From: Candidatus Woesearchaeota archaeon
Lineage (GTDB): Archaea > Nanobdellota > Nanobdellia > Woesearchaeales > GW2011-AR9
DNA length: 64,000 bases
Reading direction: 5' to 3'
Assembly (NCBI GenBank): GCA_018696595.1
Contig: JABHQW010000008.1
Coordinates: 32,001-96,000, forward strand
Each line of letters opens with the position of its first letter. Position 1 is the stretch's first letter. Below the pieces are notes generated by a model. It was given only the letters and a program-made list of their open reading frames with translations. It had not been told where the DNA came from and ran no database searches. Position numbers and translations under genes: made by a program. Below, piece after piece: positions 1 to 9,641 of this stretch.

Positions 1-728
1 CTACTAGTATGCATTTTTCTTGTTTTTGTTGCAGGAAGAATCGCACAATAATCATCATTAGAAGAATTATGCATACAAATTGCTACACCAGCAAATTTAG
101 TTTTTGTAATAAATTCTGCTGCGCAGATTAGATTTTGAGTTGCATCAGTACTTCCCCGATCAGAACTTCTTTGAGAACCAACAACCAACACAGGAATATT
201 TATTTTTTCCAACATAAAAGATAAAGCAGCAGCAGTATATCCTAAAGTGTCTGTGCCATGCCCAACAATAATCCCTGCAATATTTTTCTTTGCATGTTTT
301 TTAATTGCTTCAGCAATTTTCTGATAATTGCCAAACATCATATCTTCCGACATCATGTTAGAAACTAATTCCGTTTCAATGTTGGCAACCTCATTTAATT
401 CAGGAAACATCTCAAGCAAATCTTCAGCAGTAAATTTAGCAGAAACAGCCCCGGTTTTATAATCAACTTTACTAGCAATAGTTCCACCGGTATGTAAAAT
501 AACAATAGTTTTCTTTTTTTTATCAAAATTCTTTTCTTCTTTTTTAATTTCAGTTTCTTTTCTCTTTTCAATCAATTTGATACTGAGAATATCTTTTCTT
601 TCAAAACCAAGGTTATAACCATTATCTAACTTAATAATAACCGCCTTCTCATCAGGATCAGGCATCAAGATACCTTGTTCTGTTTGTGCATGAGTTTTAA
701 TCTCTACTAAGTCACCAGGTTGAGTCAT
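1..728 (-). CDS. gatD: Glutamyl-tRNA(Gln) amidotransferase subunit D, 5' part (runs off left edge; not in ORF track)
   Basis: Hand translation from ATG at 728: MTQPGDLVEIK..KLDNGYNLG..LHTGGTIASKVDYKTGAV..GHGTDTLGYTAAALSF..GSQRSSDRGS..KTRKMHTS; asparaginase-like GatD motifs. Confidence 0.92.
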   Translation of the reverse strand, partial: MTQPGDLVEIKTHAQTEQGILMPDPDEKAVIIKLDNGYNLGFERKDILSIKLIEKRKETEIKKEEKNFDKKKKTIVILHTGGTIASKVDYKTGAVSAKFTAEDLLEMFPELNEVANIETELVSNMMSEDMMFGNYQKIAEAIKKHAKKNIAGIIVGHGTDTLGYTAAALSFMLEKINIPVLVVGSQRSSDRGSTDATQNLICAAEFITKTKFAGVAICMHNSSNDDYCAILPATKTRKMHTS

Positions 729-776
729 GATTAACAAGAAATAAACTGAGTTTATATATTTTGTTAAAAAATATAA

Positions 777-1085
777 TTAAAGACCGGACAATTTAGATTC
801 CAACAAATCATAAGCTTCAGGAGAACAAGTGTCTTTTAGTCCATCCAATATAGTTTGAACCTTCTTTTTCCTTCCCGATCTCTCTTCTTCAGCTTTTACT
901 CCCGCAACATATTGATGATATGTCTTTAAGTCATCAATAGAAATAATTTGAGGTAAAGAATCCATTAAAGCATTATATTGTCTTGCCACGCCAGGAGAAC
1001 GATCTAATTCTTTAGCACTTTGAGGCATCGTTCTTTCTAAAACAGCAATTCTTTCTAAAGTGTCGTATAATTCTTTTGGGTTCAT
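777..1085 (-). CDS. Hypothetical protein (102 aa)
   Basis: ATG ORF filling the gap, co-oriented with gatD; no family recognised. Confidence 0.5.
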   Translation of the reverse strand: MNPKELYDTLERIAVLERTMPQSAKELDRSPGVARQYNALMDSLPQIISIDDLKTYHQYVAGVKAEEERSGRKKKVQTILDGLKDTCSPEAYDLLESKLSGL

Positions 1086-1231
1086 AAGGATTTAAGACCA
1101 TTTGTAGTTTAATAGTATTTTGTAATTAGAAAATATATTTACAATGATACTGATGTGAAATCTAAAACAACAATCTATTTAAATAAACCTAATAGATTAA
1201 TACAAATATCTAAACAAGAGGTAAACATAAA

Positions 1232-2641
1232 ATGGAAAATGAAAATAACGATTATAAAATTAAAGATATATCCCTAGCAGAATGGGGCAAGAAAGAAATT
1301 AAAATTGCAGAAAAAGAAATGCCTGGTTTAATGGCAGTTAGAGAAAAATATAAAGAAACTAAACCGCTCCAGGGTTCTAGAATCATGGGCAGTTTACATA
1401 TGACAATTCAAACTGCTGTTCTGATTGAAACACTAAAAGACTTAGGAGCAGAAGTTAGATGGGCTTCTTGTAATATTTTTTCAACTCAAGATCATGCTGC
1501 AGCAGCAATTGCAGCAACAGGAACACCAGTATTTGCTTGGAAAGGTGAATCTCTTAAAGAGTATTGGTGGTGTACAAAACAAGCTCTTGACTTTGCAGGC
1601 AAAGGACCAACAATAATTGTTGATGATGGCGGAGATGCCACGATGATGATTCATAAAGGAGTAGAAATTGAAAAAGATCAAAGTATCCTAGAACGAGACT
1701 TCTCTGGAGAAGGAGAAGATTTCAAAGAATTAATGATTTCATTAAAAGAAACATACCAAGAGGATAATCAACGTTGGACTAATGTTGCCAGAGAAGTTAA
1801 AGGCGTATCTGAAGAAACAACAACTGGAGTACACAGATTATATCAAATGGCTAAAGAGAACAAACTTTTATTCCCAGCAATTAACGTTAATGATTCTGTA
1901 ACAAAATCAAAATTTGATAACCTTTACGGATGTAGAGAATCATTAGTAGATGGAATTAAAAGAGCAACAGATGTAATGTTAGCGGGAAAAGTTGCTATCG
2001 TTGCAGGTTATGGAGATGTGGGAAAAGGTTGTTGTCAATCTTTGAAAGGTTATGGCTGCCGAGTTATTGTAACTGAAATTGATCCAATCAATGCCTTGCA
2101 AGCAGCAATGGAAGGTTACGAAGTTAAGAAAATGGATGACGCTGCAAAAGAAGGCGATCTCTTTGTAACAACAACAGGAAATTATCATGTTATTGTAGAT
2201 CGACATTTTCAGATGATGAAAGACCAAGCTATTGTTTGTAATATTGGACATTTTGATAATGAAATTGATATGGACTGGTTAGATAACAAATCAGGAGCAA
2301 CAAAAGAAAACATTAAACCACAATACGACAAATATACTTTGAATGGAAAAGAGATTTATATTCTTGCAGAAGGACGTTTAATTAATTTAGGTTGTGCTAC
2401 CGGACATCCAAGTTTTGTTATGTCAAATAGTTTTACTAATCAAGTTTTAGCGCAAATAGAATTGTGGACAAAAGAACATCAGATTGGTGTAACAGTTCTG
2501 CCAAAAGAATTAGACGAAGAAGTTGCTAGGTTACATCTAAAAAAGATTGGGGTAGAACTTGATGTAATGACCGAAGAACAATCTAAATATTTAGACGTTC
2601 CTAAAAAAGGACCGTATAAATCAGACCATTATCGGTATTAA
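1232..2641 (+). CDS. ahcY: S-adenosylhomocysteine hydrolase, long form with about 40-aa insert
   Basis: [74 protein letters not shown]; GAGGT SD upstream. Confidence 0.97.
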   Translation: MENENNDYKIKDISLAEWGKKEIKIAEKEMPGLMAVREKYKETKPLQGSRIMGSLHMTIQTAVLIETLKDLGAEVRWASCNIFSTQDHAAAAIAATGTPVFAWKGESLKEYWWCTKQALDFAGKGPTIIVDDGGDATMMIHKGVEIEKDQSILERDFSGEGEDFKELMISLKETYQEDNQRWTNVAREVKGVSEETTTGVHRLYQMAKENKLLFPAINVNDSVTKSKFDNLYGCRESLVDGIKRATDVMLAGKVAIVAGYGDVGKGCCQSLKGYGCRVIVTEIDPINALQAAMEGYEVKKMDDAAKEGDLFVTTTGNYHVIVDRHFQMMKDQAIVCNIGHFDNEIDMDWLDNKSGATKENIKPQYDKYTLNGKEIYILAEGRLINLGCATGHPSFVMSNSFTNQVLAQIELWTKEHQIGVTVLPKELDEEVARLHLKKIGVELDVMTEEQSKYLDVPKKGPYKSDHYRY

Positions 2642-2643
2642 AG

Positions 2644-3636
2644 ATGAAACAATACGATGTAATTGGTTTAGGAAATACTTTAATGGATTTCTTAATAGAA
2701 GTGGATGATGATAAACTAATTGAATTTGATTTAAAGAAAGGAGAGATGCATCTTGTTGATGAAGAGAAAGCCAAATTGGTTTTAGAAAAGATTAATCAAC
2801 ATCAGTTAGAAATTGAAACAATTCCGGGTGGAAGTTCTGCCAACACTTTGAAAGGAATTGCTCTTCTGGGAGGAAAAGCTATTCTCTGCGGAAAAGTTGG
2901 TGATGATCCGCATGGAGAAGTTTATGTTCAACAAATAGAAAATCATGGCGTTTCTTCAAGAATTAATAAACACCAAAATATTACTGGACACGCAGTAACA
3001 TTTATCACTCCCGATTCTGAAAGAACTTTTTCTGTCCATCTTGGAGCAGCTTTAGAATTGTACAAAGAAGACATCTTAGAAGAAGACATAAAACAAAGTA
3101 AAGTATTACATTTAGAAGGTTACCAAATTGAAGGGCCAACAAAAGAGACTATTATGCACGCCATTGAGTTGGCTAAAAAACATAACACTTTGGTTTCAAT
3201 TGATTTAGCAGACCCTGGTTTGATTAGAAGAAATAAAGAATTTTTGAAAGATTTAGTGATGAATCACGCAGATATTGTTTTTGTTAACGAAAAAGAAGCG
3301 GAAGAATTTACTGGTTTACCTCCAGAAGAAGCACTGAATGAAATTGCCAAACATACAAAAGTTGCTGTAGTTAAATTAGGAAAAAAAGGTTCTTTAATTA
3401 GTGCAGACGGAATTATTACAATGATTGATGCCCATTTAGTAGAAGCAGTTGACACAACTGGCGCAGGAGATTCTTATGCTGCTGGTTTCTTATATGGATA
3501 CACTAACGGGTTAAACATGGAACAATCTGGGAAGTTAGGTTCATTATTAGCAGCAAAAGTTGTGCAAGAGAAAGGTGTAGGATTCAAAGATATTAATGTG
3601 AATGAATTAAAGCAAATGGTGAATAACAATGACTAA
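2644..3636 (+). CDS. PfkB/ribokinase-family kinase, probable adenosine kinase
   Basis: [40 protein letters not shown]; 2 nt after ahcY; substrate inferred from context. Confidence 0.85.
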   Translation: MKQYDVIGLGNTLMDFLIEVDDDKLIEFDLKKGEMHLVDEEKAKLVLEKINQHQLEIETIPGGSSANTLKGIALLGGKAILCGKVGDDPHGEVYVQQIENHGVSSRINKHQNITGHAVTFITPDSERTFSVHLGAALELYKEDILEEDIKQSKVLHLEGYQIEGPTKETIMHAIELAKKHNTLVSIDLADPGLIRRNKEFLKDLVMNHADIVFVNEKEAEEFTGLPPEEALNEIAKHTKVAVVKLGKKGSLISADGIITMIDAHLVEAVDTTGAGDSYAAGFLYGYTNGLNMEQSGKLGSLLAAKVVQEKGVGFKDINVNELKQMVNNND

Positions 3637-4963
3637 AATCGGAATCATTGGTGGATCTGGATTAGACAATCCAGAGATTTTACAGGAAGCCCAAGATAAA
3701 GAAGTTGAAACAAAATATGGAAAACCAAGTTCACCATTAAAAGTGGGAAAGATTAATGGTGCTGATGTTGTTTTGTTAGCAAGACATGGAAGAAAACACG
3801 AAATCCCACCAACACAAGTTAATAATCAAGCCAATATTCAATCGTTGAAAGATGAAGGGTGCACACACATTTTAGCCACAACAGCATGCGGTAGTTTAAG
3901 AGAAGAGATTGGAAGAGGAGACTTTGTTATTTTAGACCAATTCATTGATTTTACAAGACATAGAAAAATTACATTTCATGAAGAATTTGTTAATGGAGAA
4001 ATTAAGCATACACCAATGGCCAAACCATTTAACAATAAGTTAAGAAAAGTATTAAACAAAACTGCAACAGATCTTGGATTAAAATGTCACAGTAAAGGCA
4101 CAGTGATTACAATTGAAGGCCCAAGATTTTCTACAAAAGCTGAATCGCATATGTTTAGATCATGGAATGCAGATGTTATTAACATGAGCATTGCACCAGA
4201 AGTTATCCTAGCTAATGAAATAGGAATCCCTTATGCAGCGGTTGCAATGTCCACAGATTATGATTGTTGGAAAGAAGAAGAGGAAGCTGTTACTTGGGAA
4301 GCTGTTCTAAAAGTATTTAAAGAAAATGTTAGTAAAGTAATGGAGTTATTAGTTAATGCAATACAAAAAATAAACTTTTGCCCAGGATTCCAATCAGGAG
4401 ATTGTTGTTCAACCACTATTGAAGAAGAGGAAGAAGAAACTTTTGATTTAAAATCAACCATAAGAACAATCCCTAACTGGCCTAAAGAAGGAATCATGTT
4501 CCGTGATATTACAACACTAATTGAAAACCCAAAAGCATTTTCTTATTGTATTGAAAAGTTTAAAGAGAAATATTCTGATTGTCAAATTGATAAAATTGCT
4601 GGTATTGAAGCCAGAGGGTTTATTTTCGGTGCCGCTTTAGCAAAAGATTTAGGATTACCTTTTGTTTTAATTCGAAAGAAGGGAAAATTACCAGGAGAAG
4701 TTGTTTCTCAAGAATATGAGTTAGAATATGGGACAGATAAAATTGAAATGCATATTGATTCTATTTCTGCTGGAGAAAAAGTTTTACTAATTGACGATTT
4801 ACTTGCTACTGGTGGAACTGCAAAAGCTTCTTGTCAACTAATTGAAAAAGTAGGTGGTAAAATTGTCAACATTGCTTTTGTTATCGATCTTCCAGATTTA
4901 AAAGGTGCAGAGAAACTCAAGAATTATAATTTATTTAAGTTAGTTAATTTTGAAGGAGAATAA
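3629..4963 (+). CDS. mtnP-apt: Fusion: 5'-methylthioadenosine phosphorylase (N-term) + adenine phosphoribosyltransferase (C-term)
   Basis: MTAP: [56 protein letters not shown] from about nt 4442: [40 protein letters not shown]. One open frame. Confidence 0.93.
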   Translation: MTKIGIIGGSGLDNPEILQEAQDKEVETKYGKPSSPLKVGKINGADVVLLARHGRKHEIPPTQVNNQANIQSLKDEGCTHILATTACGSLREEIGRGDFVILDQFIDFTRHRKITFHEEFVNGEIKHTPMAKPFNNKLRKVLNKTATDLGLKCHSKGTVITIEGPRFSTKAESHMFRSWNADVINMSIAPEVILANEIGIPYAAVAMSTDYDCWKEEEEAVTWEAVLKVFKENVSKVMELLVNAIQKINFCPGFQSGDCCSTTIEEEEEETFDLKSTIRTIPNWPKEGIMFRDITTLIENPKAFSYCIEKFKEKYSDCQIDKIAGIEARGFIFGAALAKDLGLPFVLIRKKGKLPGEVVSQEYELEYGTDKIEMHIDSISAGEKVLLIDDLLATGGTAKASCQLIEKVGGKIVNIAFVIDLPDLKGAEKLKNYNLFKLVNFEGE

Positions 4964-4965
4964 AT

Positions 4966-6003
4966 TCAAGCAACATAATTAGCTAAATTATCCTTTAACC
5001 CTTCTGCAACTTCATCAATATTATCAACAGTAATGGGGGCAGGATTAATGTAACCACCAATATTAGCTCTACCGCCACCACCGCAACTTTGAGAAAAATG
5101 ACTAGCATCAAAATCACATTCTGATAACATCATCACATTATTAACAGGATTACCTAAAGCTAAACAATAGATGTCTGCTTGTCCTGAAAACATTTTTGCC
5201 ATTTTTCTTAATCCATCTTTTTGTGGTAAGAGAGGATTACCATAAGCAAAAATTATTTTTAAATCATTACTCTCAAAAAGTTGAGCAGTACCATAAATTG
5301 TGTTTAAAGCGGATTTTTCCAATTCATCATACTTATCAATTAATCTCTGTAAACCCCTATTAAACTTCCCCTTAATAATTGCTCTTTCAAAAGACAAATT
5401 ATTTACTAGTCTTAACAAATTAAAATCCGCTGAAGCAACAGATTTAGCCCCATAATAGTTTAAAGAAATTATTTTTTGTAAATCATTTCCCAATTCTGGA
5501 TGAATACCATTTCCAGGATTATCATGTTCTAAGGCAATTTTACTCAACCAATCACAATAAGCATCACCATTAAGAAAGTTAGCATAAACTATTCGAGAGG
5601 AACATTGATTAATACCAGTTGCCAACATTAAGTCAACCCCCATTTCTTCTAAGTGCGGTTGTGCTCCTTTTGTAGTATCATGATGATCAACCCAATGAAG
5701 ATTGGTGTTATGGGCCAATTTTTTTATAACATTTTCGCCACTATCTTTTGCAGAGAGTAGATGGCCATTAATTCCTAAATCTAAAACATAAAAATCTTCA
5801 CCTAAACAGTTTTCTGAAAGTTTAGCTAAACCAATGAAAGTTTCAGAAATATTACTATACCTACCAAAACCAAAACTAGCAGAAACATTACAAGATCTAA
5901 GGTGACGCATTAAAAGCGCCATTGAAATTATCCCATCAGGATCTTCTCCATGTGAGATTACTATTGGCCTATTAATCATTTTTTGTTTAAGAACCCCCAT
6001 CAA
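4966..6003 (-). CDS. DHH/DHHA1-family phosphoesterase (start possibly 5979)
   Basis: SHGEDPDG, VLDLG, WVDHHD, C-terminal GGGGR. Confidence 0.72.
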   Translation of the reverse strand: MMGVLKQKMINRPIVISHGEDPDGIISMALLMRHLRSCNVSASFGFGRYSNISETFIGLAKLSENCLGEDFYVLDLGINGHLLSAKDSGENVIKKLAHNTNLHWVDHHDTTKGAQPHLEEMGVDLMLATGINQCSSRIVYANFLNGDAYCDWLSKIALEHDNPGNGIHPELGNDLQKIISLNYYGAKSVASADFNLLRLVNNLSFERAIIKGKFNRGLQRLIDKYDELEKSALNTIYGTAQLFESNDLKIIFAYGNPLLPQKDGLRKMAKMFSGQADIYCLALGNPVNNVMMLSECDFDASHFSQSCGGGGRANIGGYINPAPITVDNIDEVAEGLKDNLANYVA

Positions 6004-6015
6004 TAAATTTAATAA

Positions 6016-7080
6016 TTAATTTCTAATTTTTTCTATTGCTTTCTTGATTTCATCTTCAAAACCTAAAGAACCATCTTCATCAGTATCTTTCTTTTCAGAA
6101 CCAATCTTAATAACTTCCGGTTTAACAATTAAAGTTTCTTCTTTCTTCGCTTCTTCTTTATATTTAACTTTCCAAGTTTTATCTTTTATCTTTTTCATAA
6201 CAGAGTCAACATCATAACTTGGCTGTTTTGCTTCCCACAATAAAGTTTTATTCAGCCCATCATCTTGTGATCTTGGTAAAATATGAACACACAATTTCCC
6301 TTCTGAATTGTCATCAGTAGTTCCAGATTTCAAGATAATGTTTGTTCCTTGAGAACCTAATCCCTCAAAAACTAAAGTTGCCGCTAATGAAGCAGTAGAG
6401 AATAAATGAAATGATTCTTCTATTGATAAATTTTCAATTAAACTTTTCTCAACTTTAGAATAAACTTCAATGTGTCCTTTAACAACACCTTTTTCTGGGA
6501 CAACACATAAAACTTGTTCATCCTCATAAAGAACATGACCATTTTCATAAACTTCTTTTAGAAAACTTGGTTGTTCGCCATTCCCAGTATGCCAACTCAT
6601 TGGATTTCTTTTGAAATGGTTGCCCATCATGATTGGGAAATTGTTTTGCAAAACTTTTAATTTTTCATCTTCTAAAGTTTCTTTTTGTTTCCAGAAAAAA
6701 TTGAAGAACCCATCGCCTTGATCTCTTGGAAAAATGTGCATTAAAAAATGTCCTGCTTGTTGTCCTGCTACTCCGCCAGAAGCAATAAAAACATTGCATG
6801 AGGTTGTGACCATAGCCTTTTTAACAGCTTCACACATTCCGGGAACTAAACCAAATAAATGTTTGAATTCTTCTTGTGGCATATAAGGAAGAATAGGATA
6901 ATGTTCTTTTGGTAAGAATAAAGTGTGCCCTTTGATTGCTGGATAAATATCAACCATTGCAACTGTAACGTCATCTTCAAAAACTTTCTTTGCTTCCATT
7001 TCTCCGGAGATCAATTTACAGAAGATACATTGTTTCTTTTGCTCTTGTAATTGAGCTTTCATTTCTGGTGTAAGATTCAT
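6016..7080 (-). CDS. Tandem HIT-like domain protein with degenerate triads
   Basis: CIFCKLISGE, GHTLFLPKEHY, GQQAGHFLMHIFPR; second domain GHIEVY..KLCVHILPR. Confidence 0.8.
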   Translation of the reverse strand: MNLTPEMKAQLQEQKKQCIFCKLISGEMEAKKVFEDDVTVAMVDIYPAIKGHTLFLPKEHYPILPYMPQEEFKHLFGLVPGMCEAVKKAMVTTSCNVFIASGGVAGQQAGHFLMHIFPRDQGDGFFNFFWKQKETLEDEKLKVLQNNFPIMMGNHFKRNPMSWHTGNGEQPSFLKEVYENGHVLYEDEQVLCVVPEKGVVKGHIEVYSKVEKSLIENLSIEESFHLFSTASLAATLVFEGLGSQGTNIILKSGTTDDNSEGKLCVHILPRSQDDGLNKTLLWEAKQPSYDVDSVMKKIKDKTWKVKYKEEAKKEETLIVKPEVIKIGSEKKDTDEDGSLGFEDEIKKAIEKIRN

Positions 7081-7083
7081 TTT

Positions 7084-7599
7084 TTATTTTAAGATTATTT
7101 TATGTCTTTCTTGAAGATCACTTAATAACACTTCCAATTTAGAGACATAAGGAATGGTATCATCAAAACCATTACAACATTTGATTAATTCTATGTTCCC
7201 TTGACCTTTTAAATAAGTATCATCTCCCCCAACTAAATAAATATATCCATGGCTTTTAATAGTTTTTTGATTAACACCATCAAGAGTTATAGGAAAACTG
7301 TGTTTTCTCTTTATTCTTGTAGGATATCTCAAATTTGTTCCTTCATTTGATAATACTGCTTTCAACAAAGCAACACTACCAAATTCTGTAAGATAAATAA
7401 TCCCCTCATCGTTAGATTTTATAGGGCCATCAAAATCACAATGAGAACCGTGTAACAAAAGTTGATGTTCAATATTTAGATAATCTAAAAAATCTTCAAC
7501 TAATAAGCCCCCTTTTCTTAATTCATCTAAATCATCAGAACTAATTACAGTGCCATTTTGAAAATCATGTTGACCCATAAATTGATTGAATTTTTCCAT
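7084..7599 (-). CDS. Hypothetical protein (171 aa)
   Basis: ATG ORF tightly packed between tfb and the HIT gene. Confidence 0.55.
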   Translation of the reverse strand: MEKFNQFMGQHDFQNGTVISSDDLDELRKGGLLVEDFLDYLNIEHQLLLHGSHCDFDGPIKSNDEGIIYLTEFGSVALLKAVLSNEGTNLRYPTRIKRKHSFPITLDGVNQKTIKSHGYIYLVGGDDTYLKGQGNIELIKCCNGFDDTIPYVSKLEVLLSDLQERHKIILK

Positions 7600-7649
7600 C
7601 TTCTATCTAGAACACCCACAACCACAAAATAATAAATTAAAAAAGAAAT

Positions 7650-8570
7650 TTACTTCTTCTTGCTTTTCTCAACTTCTTTAGTTAACTTCAACTTCTTAAT
7701 CAGTTCTTTATACCGATTTCGAATAGTTACTTCAGTAACTCCAGCAACATCAGCAACTTCTCTTTGAGTTCGTTTCTCACCATGAATAAGACTAGCAACA
7801 TAAAGTGCAGCCGCAGCAATTCCAGTTGGACCCCTACCAGAAGTTAATTCAATATCTCGAGCATGTTCAAGAATCTCAACAGACTTACTTTGAGTTTCTG
7901 CTGATAATTTCAAAGCAGAAGCAAACCGAGGGATATAATCTGCAGGATTTGAAGGTTTAATACTGATTTCTAGTTCTCTAGTAACAAATCTGTAAGTTCG
8001 ACCAATTTCTTTCTTCTCAATACCAGAAGCCTCACCCATTTCATCTAAAGTTCTAGGAACTTCATGTCTTCGACATGCTGCGTATAAAGCACCAGCAACA
8101 ACTGATTCCATGCTTCGGCCACGAACAAGACCTTTCTGAACAGCTTGCCTATATATTCTAGCAGCCTCTTCTTCAACTGATTTAGGTAATTTTAAGAATG
8201 AACTTACTCTTTTAAGTTCAGCTAAAGCAACTTTTAAGTTTCTTTCAATTGCAGTACTAATTCTGATATTCCATTTTCTTAATCTAAAGAATCTGTCCCT
8301 TTCCCGATCTGAGCTTAATTTATAGAAATCTGAGGTATTCCCGACTTCAGTGCCTAAACCCTGATCAAAAGAAGTTTCTGAAGTTGGAGCTCCAGTTCTA
8401 CGTTTAGTATTAGCATCATCTTCAAATGTACGCCATTCTTGGCCAAAGTCAACCATTCTGTCCTCAATAACTAACCCGCAATCTCTACAAATAGTTTCGC
8501 CTTTCTCTCGATCTCCAAATATATTCTTACTAGCACATTCAGGACATTCCTTCAGTTGTTTCCTTATCAT
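7650..8570 (-). CDS. tfb: Transcription initiation factor IIB
   Basis: Zn ribbon CPEC..CRDCG, EWRTF B-reader, two cyclin repeats (LVRGRSMES, RTQREVADVAGVTEVTIRNRYKEL); GGTGA SD at 8578-8582. Confidence 0.98.
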   Translation of the reverse strand: MIRKQLKECPECASKNIFGDREKGETICRDCGLVIEDRMVDFGQEWRTFEDDANTKRRTGAPTSETSFDQGLGTEVGNTSDFYKLSSDRERDRFFRLRKWNIRISTAIERNLKVALAELKRVSSFLKLPKSVEEEAARIYRQAVQKGLVRGRSMESVVAGALYAACRRHEVPRTLDEMGEASGIEKKEIGRTYRFVTRELEISIKPSNPADYIPRFASALKLSAETQSKSVEILEHARDIELTSGRGPTGIAAAALYVASLIHGEKRTQREVADVAGVTEVTIRNRYKELIKKLKLTKEVEKSKKK

Positions 8571-8640
8571 TTTTGAGTCACCTTTAGTATAGAACTATCA
8601 CCGTGTAATCGTTACATTTAAATATAAATTGCAACACCTC

Positions 8641-8656
8641 TTTATAAATGTTTCGG
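8641..8656 (-). promoter_or_regulatory. BRE/TATA promoter of tfb
   Basis: Minus strand reads CCGAAACA TTTATAAA. Confidence 0.6.
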
Positions 8657-8697
8657 TAAAGCAACCCCAAACAGTCATTTTTTCTAAACTTAAACAG

Positions 8698-8713
8698 CCG
8701 ATACCTTTATATA
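8698..8713 (+). promoter_or_regulatory. BRE/TATA promoter of small ORF 8737
   Basis: CCGATACC TTTATATA ending 23 nt before the ATG (leaderless geometry). Confidence 0.65.
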
Positions 8714-8736
8714 CTAAAAAGTAAACTCTCCAGACT

Positions 8737-8883
8737 ATGAAACTTACAAAAAGAGGTCAGTTAGGAATCATCGAATTTAAATATTTCATGGTGGGATTAG
8801 TTGTTGGAATAATTATTGCATTAGTCTTAGTTTATCTTGGAACCGCAGAAATTTTACCATTTAAAATTCCATTAGTCTGCTGA
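8737..8883 (+). CDS. 48-aa membrane protein with class III (type IV pilin-like) signal peptide; missed by ORF track
   Basis: MKLTKRGQLGIIEFKYFMVGLVVGIIIALVLVYLGTAEILPFKIPLVC; KRG/Q site followed by hydrophobic helix; own TATA box. Confidence 0.7.
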   Translation: MKLTKRGQLGIIEFKYFMVGLVVGIIIALVLVYLGTAEILPFKIPLVC

Positions 8884-9011
8884 TAGAAATCAACTAGTTC
8901 TTTGTTTTTTAGATTATAATAGTTTTTAAAACCAATTAATATATCCCTGACAATAGAAAACGTTATAACTGAATTCTTTTTAATTAAACTACAAAAAACG
9001 AGGTACATACA

Positions 9012-9533
9012 ATGGATGTAGAAAGAATTCAAAAAGTTAACAATCTTGCTCTTGATTTAATGAAACAAGGCCTAGCACAAGACCGGGAAGAAGCAGTAAC
9101 TAAAGCCGAAGAGATTTTTAAAGAAAGAGATACAGAAGATTATGCTAATATTAGAGAAACAATGCAAGAAGGTAAAGAAAAGACAGAAGAACCAACACCA
9201 GAAACTCCCAAATCAGAACTATCTGAAGATAAAATTAAAGATATCCTGGGGAAAAACACACAGTTTATTATTAAAACATTCAAAGAATTTCAAGGGAAGT
9301 TAGATTCTATGCAAAGAGAAATTGAGTTTCTAAGAAATACTTCTGGAAGAAGCTCTGCGGTTAAACAGATTGTAACTAATGAAGTTAAAGACGTCCCCCC
9401 ACCAGTACAAGAACCAAAATCAGAAGTAACTCAAGAACAAAAACCGGCTAGTCAAGAGAGCCATCCACGTTCTGGAGATTATAAGGAAAACGACGTTTCA
9501 ATTGAAAAATTCTTCTATATGGGCAATAAATAA
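9012..9533 (+). CDS. Hypothetical protein (173 aa) with central coiled-coil-like segment
   Basis: GAGGT SD upstream, T-rich tract downstream; no family recognised. Confidence 0.75.
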   Translation: MDVERIQKVNNLALDLMKQGLAQDREEAVTKAEEIFKERDTEDYANIRETMQEGKEKTEEPTPETPKSELSEDKIKDILGKNTQFIIKTFKEFQGKLDSMQREIEFLRNTSGRSSAVKQIVTNEVKDVPPPVQEPKSEVTQEQKPASQESHPRSGDYKENDVSIEKFFYMGNK

Positions 9534-9641
9534 GCCCTTTTTATTCTCTTTGTTTTTCTTAACTGTTTACTGACGAAAAACACCTTATTTCTAAAGTATA
9601 GTCTGCAGTATATAAATCTTTAAAAAACAAATTGACTACTC

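Noticed and set aside
8832-9032. 66-aa minus-strand ORF
   Set aside because: Overlaps the better-supported 8737-8883 microprotein and the start of 9012; no motif.
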